Part shown: positions 1 through 8,960 of the stretch, one piece after another | Layout: each line of letters begins with the position of its first letter | Numbering within the stretch: position 1 is the first letter of the stretch | NCBI RefSeq assembly: GCF_006345805.1 | Contig: NW_021824110.1 | Location: 1-20,195, forward strand | Direction of reading: 5' to 3' | Source of the DNA: Octopus sinensis | Lineage: Eukaryota | Length of the DNA: 20,195 nucleotides | Program-made: the position numbers and the translations under genes | The notes under the pieces: model-generated | Seen by the model: only the letters and a program-made list of their open reading frames with translations | Told to the model about the DNA's origin: nothing | Databases searched by the model: none

Positions 1-588
1 CAAGATGATATTTATGCTTGTTCGTGAAAGAGGAAGAGTAGTGTGTGTGTGTGTGTTGTGTGTGGTGTGTGTGTTAGAGAGAGAGAGAGAGAGAGTGTGT
101 GTGTGTGTTTGTGTATATGTGTGTGAAAAAGAAAATGTGTATGAGTTCAAGATGAGTATTTATGCTTGTTCGTGAAAGAGGAAGAGTAGTGTGTGTGTGT
201 GTGTGTGTGTGTAGTGTGTGTGTGTGTGTGAAAAAGAAAATGTGTATGAGTTCAAGATGAGAATTTATGCTTGTTCGTGAAAGAGGAAGAGTAGTGTGTG
301 TGTGTGTGTGTGTGTGTGTGTAGTGTGTGAGAGAGAGAGAGAGAGAGTGTGTGTGTTTGTGTATATGTGTGTGAAAAAGAAAATGTGTACGAGTTCAAGA
401 TGAGAATTTATGCTTGTTCGTGAAAGAGGAAGAGTAGTGTGTGTGTGTGTGTGTGTGTGTGTGTAGTGTGAGAGAGAGAGAGAGAAGAGAGAGAGAGAGT
501 GTGTGTGTTTGTGTATATGTGTGTGAAAAAGAAAATGTGTACGAGTTCAAGATGAGAATTTATGCTTGTTCGTGAAAGAGGAAGAGTA

Positions 589-623
<35 letters not shown>

Positions 624-745
624 AGAGAGAGAGAGAGAGAGAGAGGAGTGTGTGTGTTTGTGTATATGTGTGTGAAAAAGAAAATGTGTACGAGTTCAAG
701 ATGAGTATTTATGCTTGTTCGTGAAAGAGGAAGAGTAGTGTGTGT

Positions 746-800
<55 letters not shown>

Positions 801-1080
801 ATGAGAGAGTGTGTGTGTTTGTGTGTTTGTGTATGTGTGAAAAAGTATATGTGTGCGGGTATATGTGTGTGAAAAAGAAAATATGTATGATTTCAAAATG
901 AGAATTTATGCTTGTTCGTGAAAGAGGAATAGTAGTGTGTGTGTGTATGTGTGTGTGTGTGTGTGTATGAGAGTGTGTGTGTGTGTGTGTATATGTGTGA
1001 AAAAGTGTATGTGTGCGGGTGCATGTGTGTGAGTTTGTGTGTGTGAGAGCATGTGTGTGTGTCATATGTGTGTACATGTG
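1..1080. repeat. Compound minisatellite: 66-bp conserved core alternating with variable (GT)n/(GA)n spacers
   Basis: Core GAAAAAGAAAATGTGTAYGAGTTCAAGATGAGWATTTATGCTTGTTCGTGAAAGAGGAAGAGTAGT starts at 125, 230, 373, 525, 674 and 871 (last copy diverged), plus a truncated copy at 1-42. Periods are 105-197 bp and spacers are dinucleotide repeats. Confidence 0.95.
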
Positions 1081-1129
1081 TCAGTGTGCGCGCGTGTCTA
1101 CTTAATTTCCACACTGATTTTATTTCCAG

Positions 1130-1237
1130 ATTGTGAGCAGACAGGATTTGCAGCTCTTAGCGAATGAATTCAAATGTGCGGCACTTTCGATTGTACTGTG
1201 CGAGATATGGCTGCGCTTCCGGCTTCGACTCCTTATG
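1130..1237 (+). CDS. Weak candidate 108-bp exon, product unknown
   Basis: Acceptor TGATTTTATTTCCAG ends at 1129; weak donor ATG|GTAGCT at 1238. Phase 0 is open (IVSRQDLQLLANEFKCAALSIVLCEIWLRFRLRLLM). No recognisable homology. Confidence 0.15.
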
Positions 1238-1720
1238 GTAGCTATTTTATAGAAATATGATTTTTTTAAAAAAAGCATTAACTTCACATAACCTCTGCCC
1301 TACTTCATCATCTCCAATCTAACTATCATCTCTTTTTTCTCTCTCTTTCTATTTTTCGAGATCACTAGAGTCAAAAATTATCCATTGATCTAGAGTCTTG
1401 TTTATTGATGTATGTTTCTAACTCTTCATTAGAAACAAAGAAACGAATTGCGATGTCTGGATAGCAGACACTTAGACTGTCAAAATATAGTCACTGTGAT
1501 ATTTAGTTTCATCCTTTTGAAATCAAAACCCCGCGGTTTTCGACATTTTGTTTTATATCCCTTCCCAACCATTGATAACATTACCACTTATCTGTTATAT
1601 TGTTTTTTTCCACAATGAAATAAATACCAGATGGACCCTAATGATAATGTGGAATCAATCGATGGTGGTGGATCGATAGTAACAGTAGAATGTGGTAGGG
1701 CAGAGGCTATGTAAATTTAA

Positions 1721-2135
1721 AGGCAGCGAGCTGACAGGAACGTTAGCACGCCGGGCGAAATGCGTAGCCGTATTTCGTCTGCCGTTAAGTTCTGAGTTCA
1801 AATTCCGCCGAGGTCGACTTTGCCTTTCATCCTTTCGGGGTCGATTAAATAAGTACCAGTTACGCACTGGGGTCGATGTAATCGACTTAATCCGTTTGTC
1901 TGTCCTTGTTTGTTCTCTCTGTGTTTAGCCCCTTGTGGGTAGTAAAGAAAAAGGTATTCCTCTGCCGCTACGTTCTGAGTTCAAATTCCGCCGAGGTCGA
2001 CTTTGCCTTTCATCCTTTCGGGTTCGATAAATTAAGGACCAGTTACGCACTGGTGTCGATATAATCGACTTAATCCGTTTGTCTGTCCTTGTTTTTCCCC
2101 TCTGTATGTAGCCCCTTGTGGGCAGTAAAGAAATA
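1721..2135 (+). mobile_element. tRNA-derived SINE family B, head + two tandem 184-bp bodies
   Basis: Head AGGCAGCGAGCTGACAG with B-box-like GAGTTCAAATTCC. The body starting GTATTTCG at 1770 recurs after the AAAGAAAAA|GGTATT junction at 1953. Homologous to 10220-10652 and 12944-13355. Confidence 0.9.
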
Positions 2136-2322
2136 AAAATCAGTAGAATGTGGGACTGAGGGACTTTGTGAGGTCAAATTAATTCCACCAAGATTTCAAC
2201 CTAAATGTAAAGCTGTGTAAGTAATAATCCCCAATATGATGTACATAATGTAAGCTGTACTTCTGTGTACATGTGGTTGCTGATGCCGAATATCGTTAAG
2301 TCAGCTCTTATGAAGTAGATAT

Positions 2323-2784
2323 CACGTTACCTTTACACACTACAATCCCGATCCTCAGGCATCATAGGGCTGCTTTCCCGGTTTCTATGACGGATAGGTG
2401 ACCGGGATGCCAAGCCTCTACATGAGCTTTAGGTAATCACAAATGAAAAAAATAAATTGGCAATTTTACTAAAAAAGCCAACAATAACCCAATAACTCAA
2501 TATAATCTTATACTATTAATTAATAACAATCTAATTAAATCTATTCTATATGACCCCTCCCGATAACCCCACAATAATAAACATAATAATAAGGGTAAAG
2601 AAGCTCTAACCGTATATAACATTATATATATACCAGCTTCACGGGGTTGCTCATTTAGAGCTGAATGGACTGGAGCAATGTTAAACGAAGAGTTTTCCTG
2701 AAAAACACAACCCCCCGTCCGACCTGGGAATCGAAACTGTGATCATGCGAGCAACGCTCTAACTACTAGGCCATTCGCCTTCAC
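2323..2784 (-). mobile_element. tRNA-derived SINE family D, interrupted by a NUMT
   Basis: Reverse complement of 2641-2784 has A-box TGGCCTAGTAG and B-box-like GTTTCGATTCCC and matches 13575-13740. The 3' part (2323-2412, GAAACCGGGAAAGCAGCCCT) matches the tail of 8240-8300. Possible 10-bp TSD AAGTAGATAT (2313-2322) / AAGTTGATAT (2785-2794). Confidence 0.8.
2413..2638 (-). pseudogene. ND4: NUMT: nuclear copy of a mitochondrial NADH dehydrogenase subunit 4 fragment
   Basis: 2640->2413 in the invertebrate mitochondrial code gives 76 codons without a stop: EAGMYMMLYTVSASLPLLLCLLLWGYREGSYSMDLISLLLINSMSLYWVIGLLLAFLVKLPIYFFHLWLPKAHVEA. This contains the ND4 signatures AGxYxxxYTxxxSLPLL and AFLVKxPxxxxHLWLPKAHVEA. 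Two TGA=Trp codons (2437-2439, 2497-2499) explain its absence from the ORF track. Confidence 0.95.
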
Positions 2785-2819
2785 AAGTTGATATATGATC
2801 AAGTAGACATATGATGGAA

Positions 2820-2930
2820 AGTCATTCCAACCGTAGCTATCTCAATATCACATTATCCAACGTCCTAATTTAAGACGGTGAGTGTGATTCTAGGCAGATT
2901 TGGCTACTCTTTCTTGCAGGTGGAGTAGCC
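2820..2930. repeat. Degenerate copy of an unclassified interspersed repeat (family F)
   Basis: CATTCCAACCGTAGCTATCTC...GAGTGTGATTCTAGGCAGATTTGGCTACTCTTTCTTGCAG aligns by eye with 8365-8495 and 19885-19985. A reverse-complement piece of the family end lies at about 5815-5880. Confidence 0.55.
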
Positions 2931-3678
2931 GTCTAAAACAATGATCTTGTTACATCTTTTTATGTTTAACTCTGACAGAGATGTATGTTCCAGACGAAAA
3001 TCAGCTAAATTCTAAGTTATTCTGACGCCATTCTTCCGTTTTGGGCGTATGGACTGACATCTTATTTTAATCAAAAACTAGCGACATTCCTACCGAATGC
3101 ATCTGAACCCTAACTGGAAACAACTGAAGTGAATGCTTTTCTGTCGGCTTGTATAACGTATCCTGGCGTTTAGAGTACGTTGCAAAACTACTAATAGCAA
3201 TCTGTCGAACCAAATTACTTTGTAACCTTATAATTCAAAAGTCTATTCAGCAAAAATATGTGAATATCATTCTTTGACTTAATGCTGTGTTTGCTCAAAT
3301 CGGAGAAGTGTAGACAATAAAAGCGGCAGAGCACTGAGCTTAGCGCCTGGAATGATTCAATTTCGTGGAGGTGTTGTGAATAGCAGAATAGCAGAAACAA
3401 TTTTGCGCCTGACTTCATGCCTTTTGGTATTTAGTTACATCCCTGTATTTCAGGTTTGTGCAATCTGTGGTACTCGGACAGCATTCGACACTTATTGCCT
3501 CTTGTACATCATATGCAGTGTCAGGATTAAATGAAAACTAATGTGTTCCCTTGAAAAATCAAAGACTGATAAATTCGCAGGTTTGCAATGAATTACTTGC
3601 AGCAAAATGTATTTAAAGACAGATTAATTAAGTAGCATAGATGATCCTCTTTATGTCGTGATATCAAGTAATAAATAC

Positions 3679-3680
<2 letters not shown>

Positions 3681-3723
<43 letters not shown>

Positions 3724-3790
3724 CACAGACACAGACACACACACACACACACACATGCATACATACAAATATATGTGAGTGTGTGTGTGC
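3681..3790. repeat. (TA)n + (CA)n compound microsatellite
   Basis: Direct inspection. Confidence 0.95.
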
Positions 3791-3791
3791 A

Positions 3792-4293
3792 CACGGTGCG
3801 ATGGGTAAATTGTCGCCATTTTATATATTTTATTTTGTACGTGCACATTGTTTTTGATTGTGTCGACTACACAGTATAGTAGGGTCAGTTGGGCACCGTC
3901 TGTAAGCAAAACAACGCCATGACGCAATTCACTCTGTTGGAAACGACATGCTATACTGCTTGGCGTTCGCGCCGGAAGCTCCAATGCGAGTGTTTGGATG
4001 TCTACCTGAGGACAGTACAATCTGAGGACAAGTGCCGATTGATAGCGACGTTATGTCTCCATTCATCTTCCCAAACGGCCTCAGACTCAATACAGAGGCC
4101 TACATCGAGTGCCTGGAGGAGGTAGTGCTGTCATGGGTCAAGAGGGTGGCTGCTGGAAGACCCTATATCTGGCAACAGGATACTGCATCATGTCACACAA
4201 GCAAGAGAACCCAGTTATGACTGTGAGACAATTGTTGCGACCACATGGCCCCTAACATCTGGCTGCCTAACTCCCCAGACTGCAACCCTCTTG

Positions 4294-4298
<5 letters not shown>
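3792..4298 (+). mobile_element. maT/mori-type (DD37D) Tc1/mariner element, left TIR + internally deleted transposase pseudogene
   Basis: TIR-like CACGGTGCGATGGGTAAATTGTCGC (3792-3816; 21/25 identical to 7072-7096). Translation from 4032, reading through two in-frame TGA (4218, 4224): ...WVKRVAAGRPYIWQQD-TASCHTSKRTQL*L*DNCCDHMAPNIWLPNSPDCNPL-DY. There are 37 residues between the second and third catalytic Asp. Confidence 0.88.
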
Positions 4299-4337
<39 letters not shown>

Positions 4338-4392
4338 GGGCATGAACAGCTAAATTTCTGCATATTTCTTCTCACTATTCAGCTAACTAAAG

Positions 4393-4624
4393 GAACTGTC
4401 ATGTTTCAATGAAATACAGACACGTAATGAATTTAAAGCAGTGAATCGTTTTTAATGCGCATGTCAGGAAGACAAAAAAACAGAAGAGAGTGAGAAAAAA
4501 ACAGACAGAAAGACAGAGACAGATAGAGGAAGCGGAAACAAAGAGAGAGAGAGAGAAGGGGTGAGACAGATAGAAAAAGAAGGAAAGAAAGAAAGTTAGA
4601 TATAGGAAATCAGTGTTATAAATT
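4393..4624 (+). repeat. 232-bp direct repeat, copy 1
   Basis: GAACTGTCATGTTTCAATG...CAGTGTTATAAATT, about 90% identical by eye to 5562-5792. Confidence 0.9.
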
Positions 4625-4859
4625 TAGGTGCTACCTCAGTTCACTTAAACAAATTTGCTTCTTTCTTCTCATTCAGTCACATTTTCTCTCCATCAAATGA
4701 TTCTATTTTGCTTCGTAAAATAGTGTTTTCTGTACTTAATATGAGATTTGTTAAATTATTCATTAGTGGCGTAACGAAGATTTATGTTGAGCAATATCTC
4801 ATAAGATCCACTGCAAGGAATGGTGGCCCGTGTTTGCTGTGCAAAGTCATGTGAGTGTT

Positions 4860-4935
4860 AACTTTATCTTTCATTCTTCCAGGATCGATAAAATAAATGC
4901 CAGTCAAGTTCTGGGATCAATTTCATCGACTATGC
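4860..4935 (+). mobile_element. Highly degenerate SINE-B-like fragment
   Basis: ACTTTATCTTTCATTCTTCCAGGATCGATAAAATAAATGCCAG...GGGATCAATTTCATCGACT resembles the SINE-B core GACTTTGCCTTTCATCCTTTCGGGGTCGATAAATTAAGTACCAG. Confidence 0.5.
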
Positions 4936-5352
4936 CATCTCTAAAATATTTGTGTTATAGTTAGCAATGATTAATAAACATATGACTTTATTATGCGTTC
5001 AGAGTTTAAATTCCTACTGGGACCGATAGATTATAAGCAAGCTAATATTACGAACTAGATTTAATCGATTTAATCTTCTAGAAATATCGATTTGATTCTT
5101 AGTCGTCAATAATTTGTATTTAGTGATAAGCAATGCGTATTTATTCAAATTAGGCATCGAGCAGCGTGAAATAATAGATAAAAGCTTTGGTGAGTTGAGT
5201 CTGAGCACCGTTTTGATTCCTGCTTGAAAGTCAGTTGACTTCACGTATGCGATAATATTTTGAGAAAAGGCATAAACATCACAATATACCATTTCTCTTC
5301 TTTTAAATATGAAATATTGAAATCAACGCACACACACACACTCACACACACA

Positions 5353-5498
5353 TACGACGGGCTTCTTTCAGTTTCTGTCTAACAAATCCACTCACCAGAC
5401 TTTGGTCGGCCTGAAGCTATAGTAGAAGACACCCCAGGGTGCCGTATCACGCAGTGGAATCTAATTCAGAGCCATGTGGTTGGAAAGCAAACTTCTTA
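5353..5498 (-). mobile_element. tRNA-derived SINE family A, 5' half
   Basis: ACGACGGGCTTCTTTCAGTTT...GCCATGTGGTTGGAAAGCAAACTTCTTA, homologous to 8800-8960. Confidence 0.85.
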
Positions 5499-5500
5499 TC

Positions 5501-5534
<34 letters not shown>

Positions 5535-5561
5535 GCAGGGAATATTATTCCAACCTTAAAC

Positions 5562-5792
5562 GAACTGTCATGTTTCAATGAAATACAGACACGTAATGAA
5601 TTTATAACAGTGAATCGTTTTTAATGCGCATGCCAGGAAGACAAATAAACAGAAGAAGAGAGTGAGAAAAAGACAGACAGAAAGACAGAGACAGATTGAG
5701 AAAGCGAAAACAAAGAGAGACAGAAGGGGTGAGACAGATAGAAAAAGAAGGAAAGATAGAAAGTTAGATATAGGAAATCAGTGTTATAAATT
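5562..5792 (+). repeat. 232-bp direct repeat, copy 2
   Basis: Homologous to 4393-4624. Confidence 0.9.
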
Positions 5793-5956
5793 GATATAAA
5801 CTTAGTCATGGAATACTCATGTCCGGAATAGCTATGATCATTGGTCTGCTCGTTCAAAGCTAACCTGGAATTAAATAACTGTTTCGTTTTGTTTGCTTGA
5901 AGCCCGATTTTCTGCGTCTTTTACAGGCACCGCCAGAATGGGAAGACTCTCAGAGA

Positions 5957-6006
5957 GATTGAACCCGGAACCATGTGGTTTAGAAGCAAACTTCTCTCTA
6001 CACAAC

Positions 6007-6041
<35 letters not shown>

Positions 6042-6055
6042 GTATATGTATGTGT

Positions 6056-6095
<40 letters not shown>

Positions 6096-6096
6096 T

Positions 6097-6129
<33 letters not shown>

Positions 6130-6793
6130 GTGAGAATTCACAGAAAAAAAAGACGTAGACGGGTGTGTAAATAACAATCAGATGTATTAGTTTAACGCTC
6201 GGAAAGTGAGAAAGTCTTTTATGTTTCAAGCCTATGCTCTTCGACTGAAAAGAACAGAGAAAATAAACAGAGAGAGAAAATAGAAAAAGTTTTAGTGGAA
6301 ACGATCTATCATGACGAATGCCGGACACACACACACACACAACACACATATATATATATATGTATATGTATGTGTATATATATATAAATAATATATATAT
6401 ATATATTATATATATATATACACATACATATACATATATATATGTGTGTGTGTAAATATATATATATATAGTGAGAATTCACAGAAAAAAAAGACGTAGA
6501 CGGGTGTGTAAATAACAATCAGATGTATTAGTTTAACGCTCGGAAAGTGAGAAAGTCTTTTATGTTTCAAGCCTATGCTCTTCGACTGAAAAGAACAGAG
6601 AAAATAAACAGAGAGAGAAAATAGAAAAAGTTTTAGTGGAAACGATCTATCATGACGAATGCCGGACACACACACACACACACACACCTCACTTTCCGAG
6701 CGTTAAACTAATACATCTGATTATTTACACACCCGTCTACGTCTTTTTTTTTCTGTGAATTCTCACTATATATATATATATGTGTGTGTGTAA

Positions 6794-6859
<66 letters not shown>

Positions 6860-6872
6860 ATTACACACACAC

Positions 6873-6913
<41 letters not shown>

Positions 6914-6962
6914 GTTGTGTGGAAAGAAGTTTGCTTCTAACCACATGGTTCCGGGTTCAATC
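5957..6962. repeat. Fold-back block: inverted arms 5957-6210 and 6688-6962 enclosing an identical tandem duplication (6129-6325, 6470-6666)
   Basis: Each arm is a SINE-A head + microsatellite + first ~80 bp of repeat Z (AGTGAGAATTCACAG...GGAAAGTGAG). The two 197-bp Z units are letter-for-letter identical, period 341. Confidence 0.92.
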
Positions 6963-7065
6963 CCACTGAGTGGTACCTTGGGCAAGTGTCTTCTACTATA
7001 GCTTCAGGCCGACCAAAACCTTGTGAGTGGATTTGATGGACGGAAACTGAAAGAAGCCCGTCGTA
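6911..7065 (+). mobile_element. SINE family A, 5' half
   Basis: GTGGTTGTGTGG...CCGGGTTCAATCCCACTG...CCTTGGGCAAGTGTCTTC...GAAGCCCGTCGTA, followed by (TA)n and a maT TIR. Confidence 0.88.
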
Positions 7066-7071
7066 TATATA

Positions 7072-7308
7072 CAGGGTGCGGTGAATAAATTGTCGCAAAA
7101 ATGAAAATAACACTCCAACTCATTTCGACAGATATATTTACCAAAATTACACAAAAACATCTTGAAATACTAAAGAAATTGGCTTCAACCACAGCCTCCA
7201 GACGACTTCGGAATCTACTGCAACTCTTCTGGACGGTCTCCTTGTTTAAGTTGGTAAATGCTGCCATAATCCTTGCCTTCAGTTCATCTTTGGTGTTACA
7301 AGGAGTTT
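7072..7308 (-). mobile_element. maT-type element, transposase C-terminus + right TIR
   Basis: Reverse complement encodes PCNTKDELKARIMAAFTNLNKETVQKSCSRFRSRLEAVVEAN and ends in TIR GCGACAATTTATTCACCGCACCCTG followed by TA (TA at 7070-7071). Confidence 0.88.
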
Positions 7309-7328
7309 ATTACGTGTGTGTGTGTGTG

Positions 7329-7583
7329 TACTCTTTTATTCTTTTACTTGTTTTAGCCATTTGACTACGGTCATGCTTGAGCACCACCTCAGAGGGTTTT
7401 TTAGTCGAAGAAATCGACCTCAGGACTTTTTATTTGTAAACCTGTTACTTATTCTATACGTCCCTTTTGCGAAACCGCTAAGTTGCGGGTACGTAAACAC
7501 ACCAACACCGGCCATCATACGGTGATGGAAGACAAACACAGACACAAAGACACATACACCTAAATAACACACACACACATGTG

Positions 7584-7657
<74 letters not shown>

Positions 7658-7808
7658 GACGGGCTTCTTTCAGTTTCTGTCTACTAAATCTACTCACAAG
7701 GCCTTGGTCGGCCGAGGACATAGTAGAAGACACTTGGCCTAAGTGTCACGCAGTGGGACTGAACCCGGAACCCTGTGGTTGGGAAGCAACCTTCTTACCG
7801 CATAGCCA
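7329..7808 (-). mobile_element. SINE family A, full bipartite copy with internal (CA)n/(TA)n
   Basis: 3' half 7329-7550, microsatellite 7551-7655, tRNA-derived 5' half 7657-7808. Colinear with 8551-8960. Confidence 0.88.
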
Positions 7809-7987
7809 TTTCTTTCACTAAATTTCACTCCCACTTGCACTAGAGTATTTCTCTTGTACCAAGTACGTTGGACTTAATAGAACCATTAGAGCATTCAGCT
7901 GGGTAACTCAGCATATTAATTCTCATGATTTTAGTGAATTTTGCTACTCATCTTCTCGAATTCAATAAAGCTAAATATCAATCCTTA

Positions 7988-8495
7988 TTGTTGTCGTTAT
8001 TTAGCCCAAGGTATGTCATGATCCAGACTTAGTGGAGACACATGGCCTAGTGGTTACAATAGCGGACTCGTGGTCGAGGGATCGCGGGTTCGAATCTAAG
8101 ACCGAGCGATGTGTGTGTTTTTGAGCGAAACACCTAAGCTCCACGCGGCTCCGGCAGAAGGTAATGGCGAACGTCTGCTGACTCTTTCGCCACAACTTTC
8201 TCTCACTCTTTCCTCCTGCATCTTGCAGCTCACCTGTGACGGACCGGCGTCCCGTCCAGGTGGGGAAACTACACGCCAAGGAAACCGGGAAACCGGCCCT
8301 TATCAGCCAGGCATGGCTCGAGAAGGAACAAACATGATCTAGACTTAAGCTACAATCAAAAGCCTTCCAATCGTTACTATCTCACTTTTCTTCATAAAAA
8401 GGACTATATTGTTTCAATGTATACTTCTTTATTAAGATGATAGAGTGTGATTTGAAGGAAACTAACCTGCTATTTCTAGCAAGTTAAACGACTGC
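7988..8495. repeat. Family F repeat copy split by a SINE-C insertion
   Basis: Removing 8032-8332 and one TSD copy rejoins TTGTTGTCGTTATTTAGCCCAAGG...CATGATC to ATCAAAAGCCTTCCAATCG...GATAGAGTGTGATTTGAAGG...GCTATTTCTAGCAAG, homologous to 2820-2930. Confidence 0.55.
8032..8332 (+). mobile_element. tRNA-derived SINE family C, tail variant 1, with 15-bp TSD
   Basis: A-box TGGCCTAGTGG and B-box GGTTCGAATCT. TSD CATGATCCAGACTTA (8017-8031) / CATGATCTAGACTTA (8333-8347). Confidence 0.92.
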
Positions 8496-8550
8496 CTATT
8501 TGCTTAGTTATCTGGCAAATATCAGTAATATACTGAGGTGAATTCAAACG

Positions 8551-8960
8551 ACTCTTTTACTCTTTTACTCTTTTACTTTTTTCAGTCATTTGACTGCGGC
8601 CATGCTGGAGCACCGCCTTTGATCGAGCAACTCGACCCCGGGACTTATTCTTTTGTAAGCCCAGTACTTATTCTATCGGTCTCATTTTGCCGAACCGCTA
8701 AGTAACGGGACATACACACACCAGCATCGGTTGTCAAGCAATGCTAGGGGGACATACATAGACACACACACACACACGCATATATATATATACATATATA
8801 CGACGGGCTTCTTTCAGTTTCCGTCTACCAAATCTACTCACAAGGCTTTGGTCGGCCCGAGGCTATAGTAGAAGACACTTACCCAAGGTGCCACGCAGTG
8901 GGACTGAACCCGGAACCATGTGGTTGGTAAACAAGCTACTTACCACACAGCCACTCCTGC
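8551..8960 (-). mobile_element. SINE family A, full bipartite copy
   Basis: Reverse complement: GCAGGAGTGGCTGTGTGG head, GGTTCAGTCCC B-box, internal (TA)/(TG) tract, 3' half ending in a (AAAAGAGT)n tail. Confidence 0.92.

Noticed and set aside
1-936. CRISPR array
   Set aside because: Spacers are (GT)n/(GA)n microsatellites rather than unique sequences, the repeat is 66 bp, and there are no cas genes; the context is eukaryotic.
696-1114. HT-, YI- and CV-rich ORFs here and at 3658-3879, 5871-7001, 11021-12087, 16033-16724 and 19501-19923
   Set aside because: They are translations of stop-free dinucleotide and tetranucleotide repeats.
1165-1167. In-frame TGA in CEQTGFAALSE*IQMCGTFDC as selenocysteine
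   Set aside because: It matches no selenoprotein motif I know (CxxU, UxxC and similar), no SECIS is visible, and the exon itself is unproven.
5014-5292. 92-aa minus-strand ORF with a faint NxxxY...F resemblance to GPCR TM7/helix 8
   Set aside because: The NPxxY proline is absent, there is no hydrophobic TM segment and no convincing splice sites; one ORF of this length is plausible by chance in this much sequence.
8032-8110. tRNA genes (also at 9564, 8890-8960, 13575, 2710-2784)
   Set aside because: A/B boxes are present, but there is no complete cloverleaf or acceptor stem; these are SINE heads continuing into SINE bodies with TSDs.
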